The notes under the pieces are model-generated. The model made no database searches, was not told the DNA's origin, and saw only the letters and a list, made by a program, of their open reading frames with translations. Below are positions 1 to 13,200 of a stretch of 64,000 nt of DNA, one piece after another. A program made the translations under genes and the position numbers. The stretch comes from Somniosus microcephalus. Its lineage: Eukaryota. Positions within the stretch are counted from its first letter, which is position 1; each line of letters opens with the position of its first letter. The DNA lies in NCBI GenBank assembly GCA_052327205.1, contig CM126203.1, forward strand, positions 20,646,001 through 20,710,000. The letters run 5' to 3'.

Positions 1-120
1 TGGTAAGACTAGCTAGGCCACTGCCATTTGGTGCCGTGGCCCCAGCTTGGAGCAGGGTGATGGTGTGAGCCACAGATTTTTACAGAACCAGCTGTGCACC
101 AGTGGCTGCTCTACATGGAA

Positions 121-352
121 TCATAGGCTCATAGAATCATACAGCACAGAAGGAGGCCATTCGGCCCATCGTGCCTGTGCCGGCTCTTTTGAAAGAGCTC
201 TCCAATTCGCCCCACTCCCCTGCCCTTTCTCCATAAGCCTGCAAATTTCTCCTCTTCAAGTATTTATCCAATTCCTTTTTGAAAGTTACTATTGAATCTG
301 CTTCCACCGCCCTTTCAGGCAGCCCATTCCAGATCATAACAACTCACTGTGT
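121..352 (-). mobile_element. CR1 LINE 3' fragment
   Basis: Minus ORF WNGLPERAVEADSIVTFKKELDKYL plus the 3' UTR motif gatgggccgaatggcctccttctgtgctgtatgattctatg. Confidence 0.85.
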
Positions 353-1368
353 GAAAAAAAAAAAATACTCCTCATCAGGTATGAAAGCTGAGTGAAAGTG
401 TATCAGGACCGCGACACACTCAGCGGCTTCCTGTGATTTAAAAAAATATAAAACACAACAACAAAGGTCAATAACACCATCCCACCCCTGATGTTTTAGT
501 ACCTCTGGAACACTGGTTTCAGCATTACCGAGGTATACTAAGGGCCCTGGTATAATTATGACCTGTATTATATTTGCGGCATGTGGTCAGAAGGGGTGGT
601 GGGGGGAAGCTAGCTTAGTTTTTCTTGAAAGTCACAAGAAAAGAAGGTGACACTGGTAGGAAATAAAAACACTGTCAGATATTTTTCCACGCAAGGTCTG
701 TTTTTCCAATCACCAAACTGCCCCTAGCAGTGGCATCAGATCAATCACGGTGCTCAATACTTATTTCATTGAGTGTTGTGTGAGCAGAATGCAGCATCTT
801 GCAGCTGTCGTAGGAGTGATTTGAATGTTCCTCCGCAGCCACAACCGGTTTGAAGTATGGCTTCCCTCCCTCCTGCCAGCATCTGCATATTGCATCTTCC
901 GGGTTTAATAAGCACGCTGAGTATTGAAGAACGTGTGAGTTTTAGCACATTGGAGCCATCCCCAGTAGGAACATTGCTGTAAGTGCCTTGGGCTGGAGGC
1001 TCTGCATTAAACTGGCACTGGTCTTGTCAGCCTGCTTCATGAAGCTAAATTTACGAAGGGCTGGACTCTGGCCAGACACTTAATGGATCGTGAGAGAGTT
1101 TTTTTTTTCATTCAGCCTCTTAGCAAAGTCAATAAGTCAGACAGCATACAATTTACTTTCATTTGGAAAATTCTTCGAGCTGTACCCAGACAAGTGCTTT
1201 CAAAACTGCTCCTGGGCTAGTGTGGGTGGAGGTTAAAAAATTAAACTGCATTGAGTTAAACTATACTTTCTTCAACTTAAATTAGCTTATTGAACAGTGT
1301 TGTACAATGCGGTGTTAGTAGGTTAAAGTCCGTGCAGCATATGCCTGCAATGGTTCATACTGTCTTGT

Positions 1369-1945
1369 GAATCATGAAATCTTACAGCACCGAAGGAGGC
1401 CATTCGGCCCACCGTGCCTGTGCTGGCCCTTTGAAAGAGCTGTCCAATTTAGTCCCACATCCCAGCTTTTTCCCCATAGCCCTGCAAATTAGTCCTCTTC
1501 AAGTACATGTCCAATTGCCTTTTCAAAGTTCCTATGGAATCTTTTTTTTAATTCGTTCTTGGGATGTGGGCGTCGCTGGCAAGGCCAGCGTTTATTGCCC
1601 ATCCCTAATTGCCCTCGAGAAGGTGGTGGTGAGCCGCCTTCTTGAACCGCTGCAGTCCGTGTGGTGAAGGTACTCCCACAGTGCTGTTCGGGAGGGAGTT
1701 CCAGGATTTTGACCCAGCGACGATGAAGGATCGGCTACCACCATTCTTTCAGGTAGTGTGTTCCAGATCCTAACAACCCTCTGTGTAAAGAAATTTCTCC
1801 ACATTTCTCCTCTAGTTCTTTTACCAATTATTTTAAATCTATGACCTCTGGTTACCGACCCACTTGCCAGTGGAAATAGTTTCTCCCTACTTGCCCTATC
1901 AAAAGCCCTCATCATTTTGAATATCCCCCTTAACCTTCTCTGTGA
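1369..1945 (-). mobile_element. CR1 LINE 3' fragment interrupted at ~1541-1730 by the 3' end of a second LINE family
   Basis: CR1 3' UTR at 1369-1540 and ORF2 C-terminus (TRGHRFKI...FFTQRVVRIWNTLP) at 1731-1945. The insert encodes WNSLP...LQRFKKAAHHHLLEGN* with a different tail. Confidence 0.8.
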
Positions 1946-3229
1946 AGCAGATGGTTGATGGACTATTAATTTGTGCTTTGTCCTTGAAGAATGCTCTTGG
2001 TTACTCAGTGGAGTCTCAGGCTGCTGAGCAATGTTAAGGGTCTCTCTGCAATCAGGCGTCCTGCCGCTCTTGTCTTCGCAATCACATGATGAGCCCTGCA
2101 GTCTGCAGTCTCATCTTAGCTCCCAAGAAAGGCTGATTTTGTGCACTGCATTAGGACCTACATAATAGAGAGGAACTCCAGCGTACGATATAATTACATT
2201 TCCAGCCTTAACATTCACCCGAAAGTCCTAATCTGTGCCCCAAGGAATCTTTACCCGATGTTGAGATGTTTAATGCTGCAGCCTGGATCTCTTCACTCGT
2301 CAGTGATGCAGAATGGACGGACAGCCCATCTCTCCACTGACAGTCGCTGTGGGAACAAAAGTTTGGCCGCAAAACAAGTACAATTCCCACGTAATGTTTG
2401 AACAGTGTAGGTGCCACCAGTAATAGAAGTCAGGGAGTTGTTACAAAGCAGGTGACACCAACTACCTTGGCGCATTAAATCATGTGAAATCCTGTCAGTG
2501 AAAATGCGGAGCGATGTTCATCTAAATATTAAAAGATCCTTTGGCTAGCATTTCGGCAGTACGGCGGATTATAAGCCAATTTTTAAAAGAACATTCAAAA
2601 TGAATATTCACGTTCTCTAAGTAAAGGAAGAGAAACCCTTTTTTTTCATTCCAAATAATAACTATGAATATGACCTATGGTAGCCATGTATTGATTGTAA
2701 GGTTTAGGATTCTCCCTCACTGGTAAAGACAAGATGGCGCTACAAAATGGCTGTTGTTATTGGGGAGGAGGAATCCAACAAAGCTTTTATTGAGGCGAGT
2801 TTTAGGCCACGATCACCCAACCCCAACAAACAGTCTTGAGACCTGCAGGAAATTCACAACGGCTTCACATTCATTCCTGCTCATCGTTTTTGTGGCCTCA
2901 ATGTTTCAACTGAAACGCATTGGAGTTCGCTTTCTTAAGTGTGTTAGCAGATGTTCTGCGTACTCGTCAGACCATGAGTACCTGGGAGGACTGGGGAGTT
3001 AGGCACCTCACCGTGAAGGAAGATTATCAGTCAACGCTCATTTGTCATTTCTTCTCTTCTTCCTCCAGCAACCGCCCCCTCCCATCCAAAATTATTCTCG
3101 TTGTACATCTTAATAGTTTAGACACAGTTGCGTAAAACTTTTTCCTTTATTTCTGCTCCGTTGTACTCAGTCATGGGGCTGCCTGCCTCCCTACCGTCTC
3201 CTTCAGTTCAGAGTGCTGCTGGATAAAAG

Positions 3230-3358
3230 GAATAGAAGGTTATGCTGATGGGGTTAGATGAAGAATGGAGTGGGAGGAGGCTCATGTGGAGCATAAACAC
3301 CGGCATGGACCAGTTGGGCCGAGTGGCCTGTTTCAGTGCTGTAAGTTCTATGTAAACC
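3230..3358 (+). mobile_element. CR1-type 3' tail
   Basis: gggaggaggctcatgtggagcataaacaccggcatggaccagttgggccgagtggcctg; the same family occurs on the minus strand at 7235-7440 and 21820-22030. Confidence 0.65.
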
Positions 3359-4003
3359 ATGGGCCAGCGGTGGGAGTGAGCTTCAGAGCTGGCACTGGTG
3401 GAGGAAGGGAGGAGTGTTGATCTTATCCCTGGCACCACTGTGGTGGTACAGCGCCAAGTCTGTGCTGCCGTGCCTAGATGGGACACTACGAAGCCAGGGT
3501 CCCTGGTGGTCTGCTGGGGAACTCTCCCCGCTCCTGGTCTTGCCCCTTTTATGTTTGGATTCAGTGAATTCAAGCGATGGACTCCCCAGGCTTCATACAC
3601 GTGTGCAGTTGGAATCAATATGGTCACTTTGGACAGCGATTGAGTGCACAAAATTAAGAAAACGGTGAGCTTTCACATCCAACACGAGTACCTTGCTTGA
3701 AAGGCCTCGCGCTTTGTTGGTCTCGTGTGTGCGATAAAGCAACCCTGACAATGCGACTGGCCAGAGCTTCACTGCAATTGATAGACGAGAGTTTGTGTTA
3801 ATAAAAAACAGGATTTCTGTGGCTCTGACACGCACGTTATCTGTTTGTGCATAAATGACTCAGTCTGCTCCACTAACACACACTGATGCGTGCAGCATGC
3901 AGACCGCCCGCGAACAGCCAGTTTTGCTTCATTAATGAGGGAGAGGCTTTTCCCATGTTTCAGCCCTTGCTCCAGATTCAGATTCCATCTATTGTGAATT
4001 TAA

Positions 4004-4401
4004 GGATCGCCAACTCCGGCTGAACGTATTCCCGGAGGTTTCATCGCATGACCTCCGGCCTCCAACTGCCCCCCCACCCCGCCTCCGCGCGCCCCCTGCC
4101 ATTGGCCGTTCATCCTCACGGCTCACCACCGGCCCCACCCTAAATGGAAAGCGAACAGACTCTTCCTCATCTGACTGGACGATTCGTGACTGCCAGTCAA
4201 AAAATAATTTCCCTCCCCTGCCCTTCTCCAATAATTTTTATAACTAATAAACGAAAGTGGTCAAAGAAAATTGGGGGAAAAAAAACCCCCACTTTTTCTC
4301 CATGACTTTTTTTCCTCCCAGGTGTTGCTAGCAGCAGTGTCGGGGAGATTAATCTTCAAGTCCTGGAGATCCCGGGACAATCCGGGAGGGTTGGCGACCC
4401 T
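4004..4401. mobile_element. Non-autonomous DNA transposon (MITE) with AGGGTYGCCAAC-type terminal inverted repeats
   Basis: Left end aggatcgccaac; right end gttggcgaccct (reverse complement agggtcgccaac); 11/12 match. Confidence 0.55.
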
Positions 4402-4707
4402 AATTACGATGCACCAGTCAACAAACGGAAATCTGCTTGTTCCATCACATCTAAGCACCAATTCCCCGCTTGTAAGCTGTGTGGCACTATCTGTGTATTT
4501 AATTCCATTAAATAGCTGGAATGACATTCTCTTACGTCTCACTGTCAGCAAGGTTGCGGAGATGCTTCGGCAGTTGTCCAATAACATTCTCAGATGGGGG
4601 ATACTGCGCGACGTAAGAGAATGAGAATACAATTACTTGTTTTGTCTGGGGGGTGGAAAGAAACCAACATTGCCTCTAAGCCGTGCGGCTGCGCAGCGGT
4701 CTGGAGG

Positions 4708-5040
4708 TCATAGAGTCATACGGCACTGAAGGAGGCCATTCGGCCCATCGAGTCCATGCCGGCTCTCTGTAGAGCAACCCAGTCAGTCCCATTCCCCCGC
4801 TCTATCCCCGTAGCCCTGCAAGTTTATTTCCCTCAAGTGCCTATCCAGTCTCCCCTTGAAAACATTGAGTGTCTCCGCTTCCACCACTTCTGTCGGCAGC
4901 GAGTTCCAGGTCCTCACCACTCGCTGTGTAAAAAAGTTTTTCCTTACATCCCCCCTGTATCTCTTGCCCACAACCTTAAATCTGTGTCCCTTGGTCCTTG
5001 TACCATCAACTAGTGGGTACAGCCTTTCCCCGTCTAGCCT
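4708..5040 (-). mobile_element. CR1 LINE 3' fragment
   Basis: Minus ORF RGDVRKNFFTQRVVRTWNSLPTEVVEAETLNVFKGRLD plus 3' UTR. Confidence 0.85.
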
Positions 5041-5074
5041 ATTAGACTAGATCCCACATAGACCACTCACCAGC

Positions 5075-5482
5075 TTTTTAAAAATTAATTCACGGGATGT
5101 GGGCATTGGTGGCAAGGCCGGCATTTACTGCCCATCCATAATTGCCCTTGAGAAGGTGGTGGTGAGCTGCCTTCTTGAACTGCAGAGGGCAGTTAAGAGT
5201 CAACCACATTGCTATGGGTCCGGAGTCACATATACACCAGACCAGGTAAGGGCAGCAGATTTCCTTCCCTAAAGGACATTGGTGAACCAGATGGGTTTTT
5301 GACAACAATCCAGTAGTTTCATGGTCACCATTACTGATTTTAATTCAGTTTAATTTTGTTTTTAATTCCTGATTTTTTATTTAATTAAGTGAATTTAAAT
5401 TCCCCAGCAGCCAGTGGTGGGATTTGAACTCACGTCTCTGGATCACTAGTCCGGTAACATAACCACTATACTACCGTACCCC
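5075..5482 (-). mobile_element. tRNA-headed SINE sharing its 3' tail with the second LINE family (1541-1730, 58005-58525)
   Basis: Minus-strand head gggtacggtagtatagtggtt...gagttcaaatccc (A/B-box-like); tail aaggcagctcaccaccaccttctcaagggcaattatggatgggcagtaaatgccggccttgcc. An older + copy lies at ~30474-30735. Confidence 0.7.
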
Positions 5483-6729
5483 CGTACATGCAAGAAGCCA
5501 CGCATGCGTGAAAATTTGAATGCGCCGCGCGTGAAAAAAAGTTTGAGGGAACATTGACTGTGACCCTTTGATTTTGGGTATTATCTATGGTGCACAGCTA
5601 GGAATTAATGGATCCTTCACCATAGCACATAATCCGGTAAATCTCCCAAATCAGTGAGCTTAATCCTTATGCAAATTGACTTTCAGAGACATATACTTAA
5701 AAATGTTGTCATTTTAATATCTTCCTATCAACTTTTTTGGGCACAATCGCTCTCTTACCCATTTGTTCTGATGCAACCTGTCTCGATTACCTGTTAAGTG
5801 TGTGACCTCTTGATTCTCATCCAGATGACCACTTGACTAAATTAATTATTTTTTTTAGTGTCAGAAACTAGGATGGAAGTAAAAACATGAAATTATGGAC
5901 AGGGGTTCATAGATTTTTTTCTTTAAAGTGACTGCAAATGAAATTTGCCTAGCCTTGGAACATTTCAATTTTATTTTTAAAAGTCTTTTTAACAAGTTGA
6001 CCTAAGGGGTCAGCTGTCAATGTATTCTTGCAAATTGTGCCTGGAGGCTACATCCTTGTAAGTTTGAATGGGACCTAATGGGCTGGCCAACACCTGCAGG
6101 TCATGGGTCAATGGCTGTTTGCACTCTCCCCCGCCTCCCCCCGGCTTCAGATGCAGGAGCAGGGCGAGAGATTATATCCTGCCACAGAATGATGGATTGG
6201 GCCTACCTTCTGCTCTCATTACCTTCCAGGTTTTCAGTCAACACAAACATCATGTTTACTAACAATATGTGGAGAGGAAGTGGTAGAAAGGGGCAAGTTT
6301 GCCTTGAAAGGGGTAGAAGGATATTGGCGAGGTGAATGATTCCCTCCGTGTGTTATTGACTGAGGAATTGCTTGCCGATTTAGCGCCCCAGTAATGATGC
6401 CGCAGAAGGTCAATTTGTAATCATTTTGGTGGATGGGGGAAGTTATTCAAGGAGAGATGCCATTAAGCAGCAAATATCAATGTCATCCTCCAATGATTTA
6501 TTGATTAAATGTGACCACTATTTTTTTTTCTGCTGCACTTGTTGATGGTCAATTTTGTCCCAGTTTTAGTTACGTGGAACTAAAATATTCTACCTATTTG
6601 CGTTTGCTGATGTGCGGGAAGGTGGAGGAGCTCACTGAAAAATTTAAAGGGTAGTCCTCCCCAGTAGCGGGCCATGCCAGTGAGTAACTGAGTTATACAG
6701 AGCAGCAAGATCAATCGCCCGTGTTGGCG

Positions 6730-6902
6730 AAGAGACAGAGCTGGCCATGGTTGCGATGCCCCATGTAGTCAAATAGCCTGCTGCCCAATTCACTAATTAG
6801 GCTCACACATGTGAGGAATGATCAGGTGGACAAGGTCAAGGGGGGCACCTGGTGTTTGTGGAACCAACATGGAGTCAGTGCCTTCAGGAGAGGAGAGAAA
6901 AT
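6730..6902 (+). repeat. Old interspersed repeat (SINE-like), related to 63065-63395
   Basis: Both loci share the motifs gtggaacca...ggagtc(a/g)(g/a)tgcct(t/g)caggagaggag and tgatgc...agtc(a/g)aa(t/c)agcc. Confidence 0.45.
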
Positions 6903-7234
6903 AAGGAAATGTTTAAGTGTTACCTTCAGATAGAATAGACTGCAAAACTGGTGTCACCGGCGGTCGTTCGAGTTGTGCAAGGAAAGCCTTTGTCATTGGC
7001 ATTATTTTAGTAATGTAAGTAACCCCATGGGATATGACAGCCATTAGCAAGTAAGTAGGGGTTATGCTGGTCACTGGTGTGTGACTGGAATGGTGTATGA
7101 AAGGCGTTACATTAAACAAGATGCAGAGATTGTGAATATTTCCATAGTTCTTTAGAAATCGGATTCAGATTTTGGATAATGGACATTAGAGATTCTTAAT
7201 CCTCACAATGTGTCGATACTATATGGGGTTTACA

Positions 7235-7440
7235 TAGAATTTTACAGGGTAGAAGCAGGCCGGAGTTTATGCTCCACGAGAGCCTCCCTCCCACCTTACT
7301 TCATCTCACCCTGTCACCATATCATTCTATTTCTTTCTCCCTCATGTATATATCTAGCTTCCCCTGAAATGTATCTATGCTGTTTGCCTCAACCACTCCC
7401 TGTGGCAGCGAGTTCCACATTCTGACCACTCTCTGGGTAG
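7235..7440 (-). mobile_element. CR1 LINE 3' fragment
   Basis: cctcccaccttacttcatctc...cctcaaccactccctgtggcagcgagttccacattctgaccactctctgggt, the reverse complement of TQRVVRMWNSLP. Confidence 0.75.
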
Positions 7441-9346
7441 AGCACTTGTTTTTTGGGGGCTGAAAGGGATGCAGAGGGGCGGGGTGCATGCACACACATT
7501 ACCCCTGGTGGTCACAAATGGGGGAACAGACCTTTGCAGTATTGCCCACTCAGAGATCTGCATTTCATGCAGTGCATTGACCCCTTGACTTTAGCATGGC
7601 TGGCTTTGGGCCAAGTAGAAACCAGCGCAGTAAGGATTTTTGAGCTATTTTATTCTTTACAGTAATTGTACCTATTGCAGACATCTGCAGATTGTTTCAG
7701 CGTGTGGCAGATCACCCCATAGCGATTCAGTGGTCTCATCGATTTCGCTGCAATCTCTTGCCAAAGGCAGTTTAATGAATCCTTCCAGGTTACAAATTGA
7801 CTGCAAAGGAATGTGATCCTCGTATTGAGCAGGATGACACAGACCCTGGTACATTTCCTTAGCGGAAGTGAGACGGAGTGGAGGATGGATTTTAAAATAA
7901 ATCAGAAAATCAATTAAGGAAATGAGAAAAGAAGGACTTTTGCTTGGTTGACATCTGGGAGAGAGACAGATGTATTGCTGCTTTGCAGTGCAGCCAGTTT
8001 CATCTTGATCTTAGTTGAGCTGAGCGTGTAAGTAGAAGGCAGCAGTTCAGGGCTCACCATTAACGAAGAGGGCTATTTAGTGACACGGTGTAATTGTGAA
8101 AGAAGTCTCGTCTATCATCCCTCCCGTGCTGAGTCCATCATGTTCCCTGGAGATTTTTAATTCATGCCTTACATTTTTTTAATTTTTAAACCCTCGCCTA
8201 TATTGGTCAATTATTACAGAGCCCCCTGCCAGCCAAGCAGCTAGGGATCAGCACATTGCCATGCTTCGTGTGATAATGATTACTGGATGTGACTTTGCAG
8301 TGCAATTAAAGGGACTACGCCACATGCTGATTCGGAGGACGGTGGACATGAGGGTTTTTATGGCAACTGATCAGAGCAGACGCAAGTTGGGCATTAATGG
8401 CAGGGACACTTCCACCCGACGAATCTTGCGTGCGTAGACGGTTGCGGCCTGCAGTCCTTTTTTTTGTTGCTTCAGCGATGAAAGGACAATGCGACCATGT
8501 TGTCCAGCAGCAGTGTCAGCCAGAATTCTCAGCACAAAATTCCTGATGTCAGTTATCCTTTAAGCTTTCATTTCCCCACTGCTTCCCCCCTCCCCCCACC
8601 CCCAGCCCTCCCTCGTTCCCTAAATCCTTCCATACAGTGTCTTTACCAAATGAAGGGAAGGTAACTCACTCTCCGCTGGAGTTCCCATCTGGCGTCGTTC
8701 CCACTGTGGTCCCTTGTCCCAACGAGACATGAGAGGGGCCTCGTTATTAATTTTGAATTCAGTGCATCGTGCAGTCAATTAGACATGCTGACTACAGTCA
8801 GTTTTTAAAACAAAATATCGCAGCTTTCAATAAGAATTGGCCAGTATAGATTTACAGCATACGCAAATGCAGATCGAAGGGTTATAAGACCTTTGTTCAA
8901 GGTCACATCACAAGTAAAGAACCAGCTTATCTACATCCCGAAAACAACCAAGGACAGAGCCATATGATGATAACGCTTTTGGTTTTGCTTTTGATCTAAA
9001 GTCTCATTTTTAAATAGTTTTTTTCCAAGGCTTTTTCCCCCAGTGTTTCCGTGCATTAGCTGCCTTTTCTTCTATTAAGTCACCTGACATCCTTTGCAGA
9101 TCATCTCTGTGTACCACACTTCAAAGCAAGCCAACCTTCAGTGTTGGGAACAAGTACTGGAAGTGTTCGCTCCACAGCAGTTTGCTGTCTGTTTGATTTT
9201 ATCTCAGTTTCCTCCTGCCCCCTTACAAAAATCCAACTTTTCTTTTTAAAAGTTCACCTAATACTATTGTGAGACCATTCACTGAAAACTGTTCTCAAAG
9301 TTGGAGTGTATAGTCTGTGAATGTTCGACCCATGAATGAGTAAGTA

Positions 9347-9745
9347 GAATCATACAGCACAGAAGGAGGCCATTCGGCCCGTCGTGCCTGTGCCGGCTCT
9401 TTGAAAGAACTCTCCAATTAGTCCCGCTCTCCTGCTCTTTCCCCATAGCCCTGCACATTTTCCCTTTTTAAGCAGAGATCCAATTCCCTTTTGAAAGTTA
9501 CTATTAAATCTGCTTTCTTTCAAGCAGTGCATTCCAGATCAATGTGCTGTGTAAGAGAAATTCCCCTCATCTCTTTTCCCCCGCCCACCCCCGCCTTTTG
9601 TGCCAATTATTTTAGACCTGTGTCCTCTGGTTACTAACCATCCAGCCTGGAAACAGTTTTCCCCTATCTACTCTTATCAAAACACCTCATAATTTTGAAC
9701 ACCTCTATTAAATCTCCCCTTAACTTCCTCTGCTCTGAGGAGAAC
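9347..9745 (-). mobile_element. CR1 LINE 3' fragment
   Basis: Same 3' UTR as 121-352, followed by the degenerate ORF2 end. Confidence 0.8.
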
Positions 9746-9774
9746 CATCCCAATCATGTAGACAAAGAGCACAG

Positions 9775-9902
9775 TACTGCATATGCTGGAAATCGGAAAT
9801 CAAAGCAGAAAATGCTGGAAACACTCAGCAGGTCAGGCAGCATCTGTGGAGAGAGGAAGGCAGGATTAACTTCTCAGGTTGATGACCTTTCGTCAGAGCT
9901 GC
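9775..9902 (-). mobile_element. Penelope-like element terminal fragment with degenerate hammerhead motif
   Basis: aaaatgctggaaacactcagcaggtcaggcagcatctgtggagag...caggttgatgacctttcgtcag; homologous, in opposite orientation, to 51210-51422 and 53349-53445. Confidence 0.6.
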
Positions 9903-10614
9903 TGAGATAATTAGGCAGTTGGCAATTGTATATTGCATTGGGGCGATGATATAGAAGGATCACTGCTCACGCACAGATAGCTGGGAATCAGTTATATTGG
10001 GTTGTGACTGGTCACTAATTGTTCGGAGCAGACTTTAAAATTTATCTTTTTCTTCAAGATGAAAAACGCTGGGTGATTTACCATTTTTGTCACTTGGCAT
10101 AAGGACCAAGCAAGGCCTGGTGTTGATCAAGACACCCGACAATGTGCCTTAGCCCCAAACCTCAAAAGAGCTGTTCCTGGTGTTCCGTTGTGATTTTATC
10201 CATTTCGCACATGGGCCATCCTCTCGGTGGAATTCCTGATTCAGTGTCAACGTTTCACTGCACTGTGGACAGTTTTATGCTTTGAACTCTCCTCCACTGG
10301 ATCGCAACTGCCCAAAATTACTCATGGCGAGGCCCTTGCCACCAGCGTCGAGAGAAAACTTTCATCGCCGTTTCAAGTTCAGGTTAAACTCAGAGTGACA
10401 GACATTTATTTGGCTTTGCTTTTCCCTTTTGTGTAATGAAAAACCCGGAGATCAAGGTGATTCATCAGCGACTCTGCTCCTTTTGCCAGGTATCAGTTTA
10501 AAAAATAAAGAACCTAACAAGAATATTGCTGAACGATTTAGCTTTAAGAAACTAGCCCTAGTGGCACAACCAAAACCCACATGGCCCTCAGGGAGCAAGT
10601 GAACACTGCAGTAG

Positions 10615-11047
10615 AACCATGGAAGCTTACAGCACAGAAGGCGGCCATTTGGCCCATCGTGCCTGTGCTAGTTTTTTGCTGGAGCAGTCCAAAGCTAATC
10701 CTGCTGCCCCGCTCTCTTCTCATAGTCTTCCTCTGTTTCAAATATTTGCCCAATTTTCCCTTAAAATTTGCAATGGTCTCTGCCTCAACCACTCCTTGTG
10801 CAAAGCATTTTATGCTCCAACAGCCTTCTGTGTAAAGATATTTCTCCTAACTTCTTTCCTTGCTCTCCAAGTGACAATTTTAAATTGATGGTTCCCCCAT
10901 CACTGAATTCCCAACCAGATAAAATAGCCTTACCATATTAACCTTATCAAAACCCTTTGTAATTTTAAAATCCTTGAGTAAATCTCTGCTTACCCTTCTT
11001 TGCTCCACTCGAAATAGTCCCAGCATCTTCAGTCTCTTCTCATATAC
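10615..11047 (-). mobile_element. CR1 LINE 3' fragment, degenerate
   Basis: Minus frame YEKRLKMLGLFRVEQRRVSRDLLKDFKITKGFDKVN plus 3' UTR. Confidence 0.8.
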
Positions 11048-11054
11048 AGTGCAC

Positions 11055-12290
11055 TGTACCGTGTGCCTTGTGTACTGTACCGTGCGCACTGCGTACCGTA
11101 CCATGCACCCTGCATATTGTACCGTGCGCCCTGCGTATTGTACCGTGCGCCCTGCGTACCGTACCATGCACCCTGCATATTGTACCATGCACCCTGCGTA
11201 TTGTACCATGCACCATGCGTATTGTACCGTGCGCCCTGCGTACCGTACCATGCACCCTGCATATTGTACCGTGCGCCCTGCGTACTGTACCGTGCGCCCT
11301 GCGTACTGTACCATGCACCCTGCATATTGTACCGTGCGCCCTGCGTACCGTACCGTGCGCCCTGCATATTGTACCATGCACCGTGCGTATTGTACCGTGC
11401 ACCCTGCGTACCGTACCATGCACCCTGCGTATTGTACCATGCACCCTGCGTATTGTACCATGCACCGTGCGTATTGTACCGTGCGCCCTGCGTACCGTAC
11501 CGTGCGCCCTGCGTATTGTACCGTGCGCCCTGCGTATTGTACCGTGCACCCTGCGTATTGTACCGTGCACCCTGCGTATTGTACCGTGCACCCTGCGTAT
11601 TGTACCGTGCACCCTGCGTATTGTACCGTGCACCCTGCGTATTGTACCGTGCATCCTGCGTATTGTACCGTGCACCCTGCGTATTGTACCGTGCACCCTG
11701 CGTATTGTACCGTGCACCCTGCGTATTGTACCGTGCACCCTGCGTATTGTACCGTGCATCCTGCGTATTGTACCGTGCACCCTGCGTATTGTACCGTGCA
11801 CCCTGCGTATTGTACCGTGCACCCTGCGTATTGTACCATGCACCCTGCGTATTGTACCGTGCACCCTGCGTATTGTACCATGCACCCTGCGTATTGTACC
11901 GTGCATCCTGCGTATTGTACCATGCACCCTGCGTATTGTACCGTGCACCCTGCGTATTGTACCGTGCGCCCTGCGTATTGTACCGTGCGCCCTGCGTATT
12001 GTACCATGCGCCCTGCGTACTGTACCATGTGATCTGCATATTGTACCGTGCGCCCTGCATACTGTACCGTGCGCCCTGCGTACTGTACCATGTGATCTGC
12101 ATATTGTACCGTGCGCCCTGCATACTGTACCGTGCGCCCTGCGTACTGTACCATACGCCCTGCGTACTGTACCATGTGATCTGCATATTGTACCATGTGA
12201 TCTGCATATTGTACCGTGCGCCCTGCATACTGTACCGTGCGCCCTGCGTATTGTACCGCGCGCCCTGCGTATTGTACCATGTGCCCTGTG
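11055..12290. repeat. 21-bp minisatellite, about 59 copies (TTGTACCGTGCACCCTGCGTA and variants)
   Basis: Tandem unit read directly; 7-aa periodicity in all six frames. Confidence 0.97.
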
Positions 12291-12504
12291 TGTTAGATCC
12301 GTGATTCTGAGAGTATGATGTTTTTCAATAACCACACGGATGCTGTAACTTAACAATAACAGGTATTTACTGGAGGAGGGTAGTCTCAAGACTGGGAGTA
12401 CAGAGGCATGCGCAAGGCTTATATACAGGTGTGGTCACTGCCGGTACTACAGTATACAGGAGCTGTAAAAGTAGCTCTGTCTTAAAGGTACATACACTAC
12501 ACTG

Positions 12505-13200
12505 TGCATTGTACCATGCACCCTGCGTATTGTACCATGCACCCTGCGTATTGTACCGTGCGCCCTGCGTATTGTACCATACGCCCTGCGTATTGTACCA
12601 TGCACCCTGCGTATTGTACCATGCACCCTGCGTATTGTACCGTGCACCCTGCGTATTGTACCGTGCGCCCTGCGTATTGTACCGTGCGCCCTGCGTATTG
12701 TACCGTGCGCCCTGCGTATTGTACCGTGCGCCCTGCGTATTGTACCATACGCCCTGCGTATTGTACCATGCACCCTGCGTATTGTACCATGCGCCCTGTG
12801 TATTGTACCGTGCGCCCTGTGTATTGTACCGTGCGCCCTGTGTATTGTACCATGCACCCTGCGTATTGTACCGTGCACCCTGCGTATTGTACCGTGCGCC
12901 CTGCGTATTGTACCGTGCACCCTGCGTATTGTACCGTGCACCCTGCGTATTGTACCGTGCGCCCTGTGTATTGTACCGTGCGCCCTGTGTATTGTACCGT
13001 GCGCCCTGCGTATTGTACCGTGCACCCTGCGTATTGTACCATGCACCCTGCGTATTGTACCGTGCGCCCTGCGTATTGTACCATGTGCCCAGTGTATTGT
13101 ACCATGCACCCTGCGTACCGTACCGTGCGCCCTGCGTACCACACCGTGCGCCCTGCTCACCATACCGTGCACTGTATCATACCTTACCACGTGCCCTGCC
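12505..13200. repeat. Second array of the same 21-bp minisatellite, about 32 copies, decaying at the 3' end
   Basis: Same unit and orientation, after a ~210-bp unique spacer. Confidence 0.97.
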
